DNA of 60,211 nucleotides, filler included, from Actinomycetota bacterium (GCA_009886115.1; 4 parts of 4 records of this genome joined end to end with filler, not necessarily neighbours in it), one strand, 5' to 3'; counted from the first letter of the whole stretch, positions 1-8,847 are shown. Translations and numbers: made by a program. Notes: a model not told the origin generated them from the letters alone.

Positions 1-283
1 ATCCCAACGCCCATGACCGTCGAAGGTGTGCTGAACCGACATGTGGCGACTCTACCGCCACCCGATCCGGTCACCGTCGCCCGCAGCGCACGCACTCAAG
101 CGCCGCTGGGCGTCCTCACCAACCACCTTCCTATCATGACCGACTCACCCGGGCTCGACTACATCAGCCGCCTCCTCGGCGACGAGCACCAGCCCGCCCG
201 GCTCGGTGCCGACCTCGGCCCACGGGCCAACGACTGTGAACAAGGCGTCGCAATCGGGCGGCCATCCCGCCGGCGCGCACAAC

Positions 284-348
284 CGAATCGTGGCGATTCG
301 ACACGGCGCGAACCTCAACGCACCAAAACAAATCACAGTGATTAGTAT
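284..348 (+). promoter_or_regulatory. Putative AbiEi operators (two AATCR-N3-YGATT palindromes) plus -10 box of a leaderless promoter
   Basis: AATCGtggCGATT at 286-298, AATCAcagTGATT at 331-343, TAGTAT at 343-348, 6 nt before ATG 355. Confidence 0.5.
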
Positions 349-354
349 CGGTAC

Positions 355-1185
355 ATGGCTGATCGACGGCTGCCCGTCACCGAGCGTCCCGATGGGCCCC
401 GGGACCTCGCCGACTGGTTGCTCGCCCGCGGGCGGCATTGGATCACCTCGCAGGAAGCAGCCGCCCTCCTCGACATCCCGCCCGCCCACGTCTCGCCGTC
501 GCTCGCCCGTTGGCGCAAGCGGGGCCTCCTGTTCAGCCCGACCAAGGGCGTCTACGTCCCCATCCCGCCCGAGTACCGATCGTGGGGGGCCGTCCCGGCG
601 TCGCACTTCATCGACCTGCTGATGCGACATCTCGGTCACGACTACTACGTGTGCCTCCTCACCGCCGCCGAGGCCCACGGCTTCGCCCACCAGAAGCCAC
701 AGCGCTTCCAGGTGATGACCCCGGCCCGGCTCAGGGACCGTACCTTCGGTCGCGTCCACGTGTTGTTCATCACCTCGTCGGTTGCCGGGTCCCGACCCAC
801 CATCGACAAGAACACGCCGACGGGAACGATGCGGGTCTCGACGAGGGAGGCGACCGTGCTCGACCTCGTGTCGCGGCCGCTCGATAGCGGTGGCCTCTCC
901 AACGTCGCGACCATCCTGGCGGAGATGGTCCAGGACCAGGCGCTCGATGTCGAGGACCTCGCCGACCTCGCGACCGCCTACCCGGCCGCAGTCGTCCAGC
1001 GGACAGGGTGGCTTCTGGAGCTTGTGGCCCGAGAGGTTGGGACGACGATCGAGCTCGGGCCTCTCGCCCGGGTCGCAGGCACGCGCAGCACCCGGACACC
1101 ATTGGAGGCACACGGTCCGCGGACGGGCCGCCTCGATGAGCGGTGGGGCGTGATCGTCAACGGACCCGTCGAGCCGGACCTGTGA
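355..1185 (+). CDS. Type IV toxin-antitoxin AbiEi family antitoxin
   Basis: 276 aa; N-terminal wHTH (FSPTKGVYVPIPPEY), YYVCLLTAAEAHG, RVSTREATVLDL, C-terminal DERWGVIVN; directly upstream of an AbiEii-like sequence. Confidence 0.85.
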   Translation: MADRRLPVTERPDGPRDLADWLLARGRHWITSQEAAALLDIPPAHVSPSLARWRKRGLLFSPTKGVYVPIPPEYRSWGAVPASHFIDLLMRHLGHDYYVCLLTAAEAHGFAHQKPQRFQVMTPARLRDRTFGRVHVLFITSSVAGSRPTIDKNTPTGTMRVSTREATVLDLVSRPLDSGGLSNVATILAEMVQDQALDVEDLADLATAYPAAVVQRTGWLLELVAREVGTTIELGPLARVAGTRSTRTPLEAHGPRTGRLDERWGVIVNGPVEPDL

Positions 1186-1465
1186 TCCCCGCGCGGGCAT
1201 CGTCGCATGGGCCAGCACGGTCGGCTGGGCCTCCGATGACCAGGTCGAACAGGACCTGCTCCTCTCCCGGCTCATCGTCGAGATCGCAACCGATGCCTAC
1301 CTGGGCGAGGAGCTGGTCTTCCGCGGCGGCACGTGCCTGCACAAGCTGCGCGCCGGCCAGCCGTACCGCTACAGCGAGGACCTCGACTACGTGCGCCGCA
1401 GTGCCGGCGGGATCGGCGATCTCACACGCGCCGCCACCGCCATCGGTGAACGACTCGGGAAACGA
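1182..1465 (+). pseudogene. AbiEii/AbiGii nucleotidyltransferase toxin, frameshifted and truncated
   Basis: GTG 1182 overlaps the antitoxin stop but is out of frame (C4 run at 1187-1190); the shifted frame reads ...DQVEQDLLLSRL..ELVFRGGTCLHKL..RYSEDLDY..; toxin-like sequence lost after about 95 codons. Confidence 0.8.
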
Positions 1466-1546
1466 CCTGGCCCGAGGGATACGACGCCGACACCGCAGCA
1501 GAGCTCGTCGCCCGGAGGTTCTGCTCGGCCCGGGCTCGCGTGTAGC

Positions 1547-1665
1547 CACGGTGACAATCACACTCGGCGATACGACACGGACCGGGCGGACGCAACGACA
1601 CCCGACGGACCAGCTGGCCAGGCATAACGTGACTCGACCGCACTCGGTGGACGGCGGGCGTCCGA
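1547..1665 (+). repeat. Degenerate direct repeat, copy 1 (att-arm-like)
   Basis: Shares CACGGTGACAATC, GGACGCAACG, CCAGGCAYAACGTGACTC and GGTGGACGGCGGGCGTCCGA with 2754-2858. Confidence 0.8.
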
Positions 1666-1781
1666 GACGCTATTGCACGATTCGAGCAACTCCGGTTCGC
1701 CCTGTGTGCCGCTGCGCCAGACCCGAGAACTCGGTGCCGAGGACACGCGAACGCGACGGCCGACGCGGTAGCGTCGCTCCC

Positions 1782-1970
1782 GTGAAGCACGAACTCGTCG
1801 AGCGTTACCGCGGCCGCTGGGTCGCCGTGAGCGAGGCTGGCGATGTCGTCGGCGACGCCGACGAGCTGGATGCGCTGCTGTCATTGGTCGAGGCCGATGG
1901 CCCTCGCCCGGATGTGGTGGTTCAGCGCGTCCCTGAAGCCGACGCGCCGATGTTCGTCGGCCTTGCCTGA
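1782..1970 (+). CDS. DUF5678-like small protein (62 aa)
   Basis: C-terminal part of ORF 1143..1970: MKHELVERYRGRWVAVSEAGDVVGDADELDAL..; YxGxWVA motif; TAGCGT 7 nt before the GTG. Confidence 0.65.
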   Translation: MKHELVERYRGRWVAVSEAGDVVGDADELDALLSLVEADGPRPDVVVQRVPEADAPMFVGLA

Positions 1971-1984
1971 CTCGCTTCCATCCG

Positions 1985-2530
1985 GTGGCGACCTGGACCT
2001 ACCGCCACGTCGATCTGGAGGAGTCACCTCACCCGGACGGCTCGCCGATCCTGAGGCCCGTCGTGCCGCTCATGCGTGCACCGGGCACGGCCCAGCTGCT
2101 CGGCGTGATCGACTCCGGCTCTCCGATTTCCGCCGCGAACGCCTCCCTGTTCGGACAGTTCGGGATCGACATCGACACGGACCCGCCGCTCTTCGAACTC
2201 GGCCTCACCGTCGGCGGCCAATTCGCACGTGCGCCCGTGTTCGAGGTGACGCTGTGGCCCCACCCGCCAGAGCACGCCGAGGAAGCCGTCTCCTGGCAGC
2301 TTCCACTCGTGGCAAGACGCGGGTGGCGCATGCCCTTCGCCGTGCTGCTCGGCCAGCGAGGCTGGTTCGACCGGTTCCCGACCCGAATCGACGCCACCAC
2401 TTCCGCTGTCGAGGTGCAGCGGGCGCAGGTGTCTATCCAACGTCTCACCAACCCCGCATCACTGACTGGTCGGGACGGCATCCGATGGACGGGGCGGTAT
2501 GCGAAGTGCCTGCTCAACGGCACCCGCTAG
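1985..2530 (+). CDS. Retropepsin-like (clan AA) aspartyl protease
   Basis: RPVVP..GVIDSGS catalytic D-S-G motif and C-terminal VLLGQRGWFDRF motif; 14 nt after the DUF5678-like gene. Confidence 0.7.
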   Translation: MATWTYRHVDLEESPHPDGSPILRPVVPLMRAPGTAQLLGVIDSGSPISAANASLFGQFGIDIDTDPPLFELGLTVGGQFARAPVFEVTLWPHPPEHAEEAVSWQLPLVARRGWRMPFAVLLGQRGWFDRFPTRIDATTSAVEVQRAQVSIQRLTNPASLTGRDGIRWTGRYAKCLLNGTR

Positions 2531-2753
2531 ACCGGCACGCACAGCCCCCGCAGAATCGCCTGCCCTGCATACACGGTCACGACCAACGGCGCATGACGAC
2601 CCGATGGTCGTCCTCGACCTGGCGCCCCTCCACCCCGCACGCTGTCGAGCGTCGCCGGACCCGTACGTCCGCGGCATGACCTCGCAGAGCGGGTGCCCCG
2701 TGCATCTGGGAATGGTTGAGGTGGGGTCACCTGGCGATCGAGCGGGCGCCGGC

Positions 2754-2858
2754 TGACAATCACGGTGACAATCGAAAGCTGGACGCAACGGAACGGGCCG
2801 GACTTGCCGACCAGGCACAACGTGACTCAGGCGCAATGGGTGGACGGCGGGCGTCCGA
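2754..2858 (+). repeat. Degenerate direct repeat, copy 2 (att-arm-like), abutting the integrase stop
   Basis: TGACAATCACGGTGACAATC internal repeat; 20-bp block 2839-2858 identical to 1646-1665. Confidence 0.8.
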
Positions 2859-2859
2859 C

Positions 2860-3666
2860 TCACGCATCGTTGTTGTCGTTGGCGCTGGGCGGGCGGATGA
2901 GGGCCGCGATGCCTTCGGCGGCGTCGCGTTGGAGGCCCTCGATGACGTGGCTGTAGACGTCCATCGTGATCTGGACGTCGGAATGGCCGAGGCGTTCGCT
3001 CACGACCTTGGGGTGGGTGTTGGCCACCAGGGCGAGCGTGGCTGAGGTGTGGCGGCCGTCCTTCACGCTGATCGGGCGTACCCCGGCCCGCACCGCGCCA
3101 TCCCTGAACAATCGGCTGAAGCTCATGGGATGTATGGGCTCCCCGATCGCCGACAAGAAGACGGGCTCGTCGTGCGCCACCCTCCGACCGACGAACTCGG
3201 CGCGCTGCTCGACGCGGACCCGATGGTCCTTGAGCCCCCCGAGCGTGAACGAGTCGAGCGCGACACTGCGGCGACCGGTCGCGGTCTTGGGTTCCTTCTC
3301 GTGGACGACATAGCCGGCCGAGACCACGTTCCGCCGAACGCGAGCGACTCCGCGTTCGATGTCGATGTCGTTCCAGCGCAGGCCGAGGATCTCACCGCGC
3401 CGCATCCCGGTCGTCAGCAGGAGCACCCACGCCGGCCACAACTCGTCAGCCGTTGTTCGAGCGAGGAACTCTGCGGCCTCGGCCGGGGTCCAGTGCTCGG
3501 CGTCGCGGCGCTCGAACTTCGGCCGGGCGATGGGCTTGTTGGGGTTCTCCTTGAGCACCCGCAACCGCACGGCATCTTCGAGCACGAGGTTGACGAACGT
3601 GTACGTGTGCTTGATCGAGTGCGGCGACAGGCCCTTGCCGTGACGACCGACACCCGGCTCGGCCAA
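2860..3666 (-). pseudogene. Tyrosine recombinase/integrase, N-terminally truncated
   Basis: TGMRRGEILGLRW, PKT, KDGRHTSATL, RLGHS, VYSH motifs; only 268 aa, starts mid core-binding domain about 55 nt from the tRNA 3' end. Confidence 0.8.
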
Positions 3667-3720
3667 CGACCGGCCCGATCGGAAGGGCCTCGTTCTTTGC
3701 TCTGACCAGCTGTTGCTATG

Positions 3721-3795
3721 TCGGGCTGGGGGGACTCGAACCCCCGACCTTTGGACCCCCAGTCCAACGCGCTAACCAAACTGCGCCACAGCCCG
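3721..3795 (-). tRNA. tRNA-Pro (GGG), CCA not encoded
   Basis: CGGGCTG/CAGCCCG acceptor stem, anticodon arm TTGGA-CTGGGGG-TCCAA, GGTTCGAGTCC T-arm. Confidence 0.97.
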
Positions 3796-3902
3796 TGTGA
3801 TCGGACCGGAGTCTAGGGGACCGTCCTGCAACCCGACGATCTCACGCACGGGGCGCGCCATGGTCACCTGGGAGCACCGGGGACCTGTCAGGATCACGCT
3901 CC

Positions 3903-4769
3903 ATGGACACCTTCGACATCGCCCGGAGCACGGCCATCGTCACCGGAGCGAACACCGGTCTGGGCAAGGAAACTGCGGTGGGGCTCGCCGTGCTCGGTGC
4001 CCGGGTGGTGATGACGTCGCGCGACCCCGACAAGGGTGAGCGGGCGCGGCGCGAGGTGAGCGAACGCTCGGGCAGCGACCGCGTCGAGTGCCGTACCCTC
4101 GATCTGGCGTCCTTCGCATCGATCCGGGCCTTCGCGCATGGAGTGCTCGCCGACCACGCCGAGATCCATGTGCTCGTGAACAACGCCGGGCTGACGCTGT
4201 CGAAGCGCTCCGAGACCGCCGAAGGGCACGAGGCGACGTTCGGCGTCAACCACCTGGGCCCGTTCCTGCTCACGACCTTGTTACTCGAACGCATGCAGGC
4301 CTCGGCGCCGGCGCGCATCGTGAACGTCGCCTCAGATGCCCACCGCATGAGCCGGCGAGGCATGACGTGGAACGATCTCGGACGCACCCGGCGCTACCGC
4401 GCTTTCGCCGTCTACAGCGAGAGCAAGCTCGCCAACATCCTCTTCACCAGGGAGTTGGCTCGCAGGCTCGCCGGGACCGGTGTCACGGTCAACGCGTGCC
4501 ATCCGGGCTTTGTGAACAGCGAGTTCGGTGGGCCCGACGACACCAGCCGATTGATGTCCGCGATCCTCCGACCGACCGCTCGGCTGATCGCGCTGAGCCC
4601 GGAGAAGGGGGCACGCACGCAGATCTGGCTGGCTTCGAGCCCCGAGGTTGGCGATCGCTCGGGTGCCTACTACCACCGGTGCCGAGAGAAGGAGCCGAGC
4701 GCCGCGGCCCGGGACGCCGCCGCCGCGTTGCGCCTCTGGGAGCTGTCGGAGACCCTGGTTGGCGGCTGA
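3903..4769 (+). CDS. SDR family oxidoreductase (retinol-dehydrogenase-like)
   Basis: TGANTGLG, NNAG, YSESK, HPGFV. Confidence 0.92.
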   Translation: MDTFDIARSTAIVTGANTGLGKETAVGLAVLGARVVMTSRDPDKGERARREVSERSGSDRVECRTLDLASFASIRAFAHGVLADHAEIHVLVNNAGLTLSKRSETAEGHEATFGVNHLGPFLLTTLLLERMQASAPARIVNVASDAHRMSRRGMTWNDLGRTRRYRAFAVYSESKLANILFTRELARRLAGTGVTVNACHPGFVNSEFGGPDDTSRLMSAILRPTARLIALSPEKGARTQIWLASSPEVGDRSGAYYHRCREKEPSAAARDAAAALRLWELSETLVGG

Positions 4770-4813
4770 AGCCCCCGATCCGGCCGGCTCAGGTCAGCCC
4801 CATCCAGGTCGGC

Positions 4814-5431
4814 TCACTGCAGCGCGAGGGCGAGCAGCGTCCGGGCTTCGGTGTCGAGGGGAACCTCGGCGACCAACGCCAGGGCTGCCGGGCTCATCTT
4901 GGCAGCCGTCTTGCGGATCACCTCGACCATCCGCTCGCGCTCGACCCGGCTGGCCAGATCGACGAGCTGGGTCTCGAGGAACACCAGGCAGGCCGCGTCC
5001 TCGACGGCCTGGGACTCGGGATCGCACGTTGCGCTCCCCAGCCCGTCGCGCAGTGTGAGGGCCTGGGTGCGGGTCACGTCGGCCTCGTCGTAGCCCACTG
5101 CCTCGAGGATCACGGCAATGTCGTCTGCGTGCCTGCGCTTCTGGTCGCGCCGCCAGCGCAGGTAGCCGGGGCGGCCTTCCGGGTAACCCGACCGGGGCAG
5201 CTCCCAGCGCCGCAGGTGATGCGCGCGAGCGGCCAGCAGGACGGCCTCCGACGGCTCGGAGAGCAGGCGTCCGACCCACGCCACGGCCAGACGCCCATGG
5301 GCCAGGGCCAGGGGAAGCTGCTCGCCGCGAACCGACACGACAGACGGGTCGTCGGCGTTGGCCCCGTCGATCGCCTCGACCCCCAGGAGATATCGATCGT
5401 GCCCCCCGGACAGCGCGCTCAGGTCGCGCAC
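4814..5431 (-). CDS. DUF4202 family protein
   Basis: IDGANADDP, LAARAHHLRRWELPRSGYPEGRPGYLRWR, EDAACLVFLE, KTAAKMS. Confidence 0.85.
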   Translation of the reverse strand: MRDLSALSGGHDRYLLGVEAIDGANADDPSVVSVRGEQLPLALAHGRLAVAWVGRLLSEPSEAVLLAARAHHLRRWELPRSGYPEGRPGYLRWRRDQKRRHADDIAVILEAVGYDEADVTRTQALTLRDGLGSATCDPESQAVEDAACLVFLETQLVDLASRVERERMVEVIRKTAAKMSPAALALVAEVPLDTEARTLLALALQ

Positions 5432-7212
5432 TCCGACTCGCCGACGGCCGCCACGAACGGGCCGGTCTCGTCGTAGTCGGCGTAGAACGTGGGGTCTTCC
5501 TCGAACGTGGGGAAGTGGTCGAGCTCGCGAAGACCCGTGGCGACACCCGAAGCGCCGCCGGAGCGGTCGAGCCAGGTGCGGAACGTCTCGCCGGCCGAAC
5601 GCTCCTCGGCGAACCGCCTGACGACGCGCACCACGGCCTCGGGAGCCGATTTGGCCGGGAGCCGCAACGCCTTGTCGCCGAAGTGGATCTGCTCTTGGCC
5701 CACGTAGCCACCGAGCAGCATCTGGTAGCCGGGGGCCGATCGTCCGTGGGCCCGTCGCTCGGCGCCGAAGAACCCGATGTCGGAGGCGTGGTGCTGACCG
5801 CAGCTGTTGGTGCAGCCCGAGATGTTGATCCGCACACCGCCGACCTCGGCCAGGCCTTCGGCCTCGAGCTGCTCGCCGATGGCCCGGGCCAGACCGCGCG
5901 ACTGGGTGACCGCGATGTTGCAGGTGTCGGCGCCGGGGCAGGCCACGACGTCGCGGGCGAGCTCGGCACCCGGTCGGGCCATGCCGATCTCGACGAGCCG
6001 CTGGTACAGCACCGGCAGCTGCGACTCCGAGATGCCGCGGAACACGACGTTCTGGCGGTTCGACAGCCGCACGTCGGCCCCGAGCTCCCGCTGGATCGAC
6101 GCCAATGCTCGGAACTGCGCCGCTGTCACGTCACCGAGGGCGGCGTACGCCACGGCCGAGACGGTCCCGTTGGCGATACCCCGCACGACGCTCGTCGCTT
6201 CCCACCGGCGGTACGGGTCGGTCGGGAGCAGGTCGACGTGCACGCCCTGACCCACGGCCGACGCGCCTGTCGAGCTGTGCACCCCGGCCGGAGCATCGCC
6301 GGCCTTGGCGACCTCCTCGGGGATGCCGCCAGGCCACGACGACGACGCCGGCAGCGTGTGACGCACCTTGAGCACCCTCCGGCGGACCTCGTCGATGCCG
6401 AGCTGGTCGACGACCCACTTCATGCGGGCCCGGAGCTTGTTGTCGCGGTTGCCGGTCTGGTCGAAGACCCGGAGCGCGGCCTCGATCGTCGGCAGCAGAT
6501 CCTCGCGTGACGTGAACTCTTCCAACGCCATCGCCGGATGGGGTGTGGCGCCGAGCCCGCCGGCGATGTACACCCGGAAGCCGGCTTCGACGGTCCCGTC
6601 GTCGTGGGTACGTGTGGTGGCGACGACCCCGACGTCGTTGAACATGGCCTGGCCGCAGTCGGTGGAGCAGCCCGAGAAGTTCACCTTGAACTTGCGAGGA
6701 AGGCGCTGGCCCAAGGGATTGCGCACGAAGTGCCGGAACGTGGCCTCGGCCCACGGGGTGACGTCGAGGTGCTCGAACGGGCACGCCCCGGCGAGATGGC
6801 AGGCCATCACGTTGCGGACGGTATCGCCGCAGGCCTCCCGCGAGGTGAGCCCGACCGCCGCCAGGTGACGCATGACCTCGGGGATCTTGGTCAGCTCAAC
6901 GAAGTGGACCTGCACGTTCTGGCGGGTGGTGATGTGGCCCCAGCCCCGCGAGTACGTGTCGGCCAGGTGGCCCATGGCATCGAGCTGCGCGGGCGTGATC
7001 GTGCCGGCCGGCAGCTTGATGCGCACCATCTGGCTCGTGCCGCCCTGGCGCTGACCGTACACGCCGTTGTTGAGCCGCATGACCCGGAACACGTCCTCGT
7101 CGATCTCGCCGGCGAGGTACTGGCCGATGGCCCGCTCGAAACGCTCGATGTCACGTTGCTGCTCCTCGTCGAGATCACGGGGAGCAGGCACGACGGGAGT
7201 GACGGTCACCAC
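5419..7212 (-). CDS. Ferredoxin-dependent sulfite/nitrite reductase hemoprotein
   Basis: TTRQNVQ, CGDTVRN, LPRKFK, CPGADTC, SGCTNSCGQH siroheme/4Fe-4S motifs. Confidence 0.93.
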   Translation of the reverse strand: MVTVTPVVPAPRDLDEEQQRDIERFERAIGQYLAGEIDEDVFRVMRLNNGVYGQRQGGTSQMVRIKLPAGTITPAQLDAMGHLADTYSRGWGHITTRQNVQVHFVELTKIPEVMRHLAAVGLTSREACGDTVRNVMACHLAGACPFEHLDVTPWAEATFRHFVRNPLGQRLPRKFKVNFSGCSTDCGQAMFNDVGVVATTRTHDDGTVEAGFRVYIAGGLGATPHPAMALEEFTSREDLLPTIEAALRVFDQTGNRDNKLRARMKWVVDQLGIDEVRRRVLKVRHTLPASSSWPGGIPEEVAKAGDAPAGVHSSTGASAVGQGVHVDLLPTDPYRRWEATSVVRGIANGTVSAVAYAALGDVTAAQFRALASIQRELGADVRLSNRQNVVFRGISESQLPVLYQRLVEIGMARPGAELARDVVACPGADTCNIAVTQSRGLARAIGEQLEAEGLAEVGGVRINISGCTNSCGQHHASDIGFFGAERRAHGRSAPGYQMLLGGYVGQEQIHFGDKALRLPAKSAPEAVVRVVRRFAEERSAGETFRTWLDRSGGASGVATGLRELDHFPTFEEDPTFYADYDETGPFVAAVGESECAT

Positions 7213-7233
7213 GACCTCCGAGGGACGGCGGGC

Positions 7234-7301
7234 AATTCCCGACCATTCTGTCGGAGTTTAGAACGACGACCGCGGAAATACCAGTGTTCTGGTCAACTAT
7301 T
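7234..7301 (-). promoter_or_regulatory. Two Rrf2 (IscR/CymR)-type operator candidates
   Basis: Minus strand AATAGTTGACCAGAACACTGGTATTT (7276-7301) and TAAACTCCGACAGAATGGTCGGGAATT (7234-7260); AT-rich imperfect palindromes. Confidence 0.5.
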
Positions 7302-7344
7302 GGCCGGCGGGTTCGAGCGACGGACCCGCAGCCGGACGGCCGAC

Positions 7345-7602
7345 CTACCGCCCCGGAGCCTCGCCCACCTCGCGCAGCGCATCGGCGAGGGCCGCGCGCA
7401 GCCGGCGCACCTGCACCGCTCCGAGGTGGGCGACGAGTCCCTGGCCGGGTCGGCCGATCTCCTCGAGCGTGAGCACGACGCGCGGCTCGGCGTCGTCGTA
7501 GTCGTCACTGATCGCCACACCCCACGACAACCGGTCGGCATCGTCGGCCCCCGGCGGCAGATCACCGTCCCGAAACGGGTAATCGTCGATCGATCGTCGC
7601 AT
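7345..7602 (-). CDS. Hypothetical protein (85 aa)
   Basis: Protein-like composition; TAGGGT 6 nt before the ATG. Confidence 0.65.
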   Translation of the reverse strand: MRRSIDDYPFRDGDLPPGADDADRLSWGVAISDDYDDAEPRVVLTLEEIGRPGQGLVAHLGAVQVRRLRAALADALREVGEAPGR

Positions 7603-8143
7603 CCGCCGACCCTACCGCCCACCCGCCAGGAGATCGCCCCGAAGCCTCAGCGCACCGCCAGTGCCACGAAGACCAGCGGTCCGAGAGCATCTGAACGCTC
7701 GATCGGAGGAGCCTCGACGAGCGACGGAGCAAGCGTCACCCGTGACCGTCGATGGCCCATCGGGGCGATCCCGCTCAGCGGTCCGTCGCGGGCGGGTCCC
7801 ACACCCAGAGATGCCCAGGCTAACTCCGGCCGTCTGACGAGAACCAGGTGTAGGTGGGGTTGGAAACGTACGTCGGCGCACCGTTGAGCCTGCTCGCAGC
7901 CGATGCGGCAGCGATGTCGGTGGTGACCTCGAAGATCACCTCTCCCGTCACCGGATCGACGAAGTCCATGCTGGCATCGACGGGATCGATGCGCGCCAGG
8001 TCTCCAGCGCCCGCCACGGGATCGAAGGAGGACCGGAACAGCACCGCAGCCGACCGGGGCTGCGCCGTCACATCACGGCGGCCAGCCGAATCATGCCCGC
8101 GCCGGTCGCCCGACATGGGCACGCACCCTTCTACAATCGGGTC

Positions 8144-8314
8144 ATGGAGCCGGTGCCGGTCATCGAGGACGATCGGGGTGTCGACATCGGTCAGATCCGT
8201 CGGCAACTCGCCCTGTCGGTGCCCGAGCGTGTGCGGTCGATGGTGCACGTAGCGAACGTGATGCTCTCCATCCAAGCCGCTGCTCGGGCCTCGGTGCCGC
8301 ACCGGCCGACGTGA
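8144..8314 (+). CDS. Small putative antitoxin/partner protein (56 aa)
   Basis: GVDIGQIRRQLALSVPERVR motif; TACAAT 6 nt before ATG 8144; GTGA overlap with next gene. Confidence 0.65.
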   Translation: MEPVPVIEDDRGVDIGQIRRQLALSVPERVRSMVHVANVMLSIQAAARASVPHRPT

Positions 8315-8814
8315 CGTTCGACCCCGTTCAGATCTGCCAGATCTTGAACGAAGAGCGTGTCGAGTACGTCGTCATCGGGGGCTTCGCGGCGGTCATCCAC
8401 GGTTCCGCCCTCCCCACGATCGATGTCGACGTGCTGCCGTCGCGGTCGGCCGACAACCTTGATCGGCTCGGCCGTGCGCTGACGCGAATGAACGCGATGA
8501 TCCGTACGGCGAACGACCCGGTGCCGACCCGTCTCGACGGGCGCTTCCTCGCGAGCATGCCGCTCATTTTGAACCTGGTCACCGACCACGGCGAGCTCGA
8601 CCTCGTCTTCGCTCCGGCCGGCAACATCGGCGGGTTCGCCGAGTGGAACGCCAACGCCGCGACGGTCGACATCTCCGAAGGGATCGCAGTGCGCGTCGGC
8701 GCTTTGGACGATGTCATCGCCTCGAAACGGGGAGCCGACCGGCCCAAGGACCAGCGGGCATTGCCGTATCTGGAGTCACTGCGCGACCAGATCGAACCAG
8801 GCGACCACGACTGA
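8311..8814 (+). CDS. Nucleotidyltransferase superfamily protein (DUF6036-like)
   Basis: YVVIGGFAAVIHGS..TIDVDV (GG..DxD), LDDVIASK..RPKD. Confidence 0.8.
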   Translation: MTFDPVQICQILNEERVEYVVIGGFAAVIHGSALPTIDVDVLPSRSADNLDRLGRALTRMNAMIRTANDPVPTRLDGRFLASMPLILNLVTDHGELDLVFAPAGNIGGFAEWNANAATVDISEGIAVRVGALDDVIASKRGADRPKDQRALPYLESLRDQIEPGDHD

Positions 8815-8847
8815 CGCGCGCCCGGCGGGCGCACCGGGGCTTCGCCG

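Larger units (their letters stand above)
1..3720. mobile_element. Decayed genomic island at the 3' end of tRNA-Pro (far boundary not in window)
   Basis: Integrase remnant next to tRNA 3' end, TA-type cargo, repeats, pseudogenes. Confidence 0.65.

Noticed and set aside
13..345. 110-aa ORF at the window start
   Set aside because: No recognisable motif, and it overlaps the abiEi promoter; probably debris.
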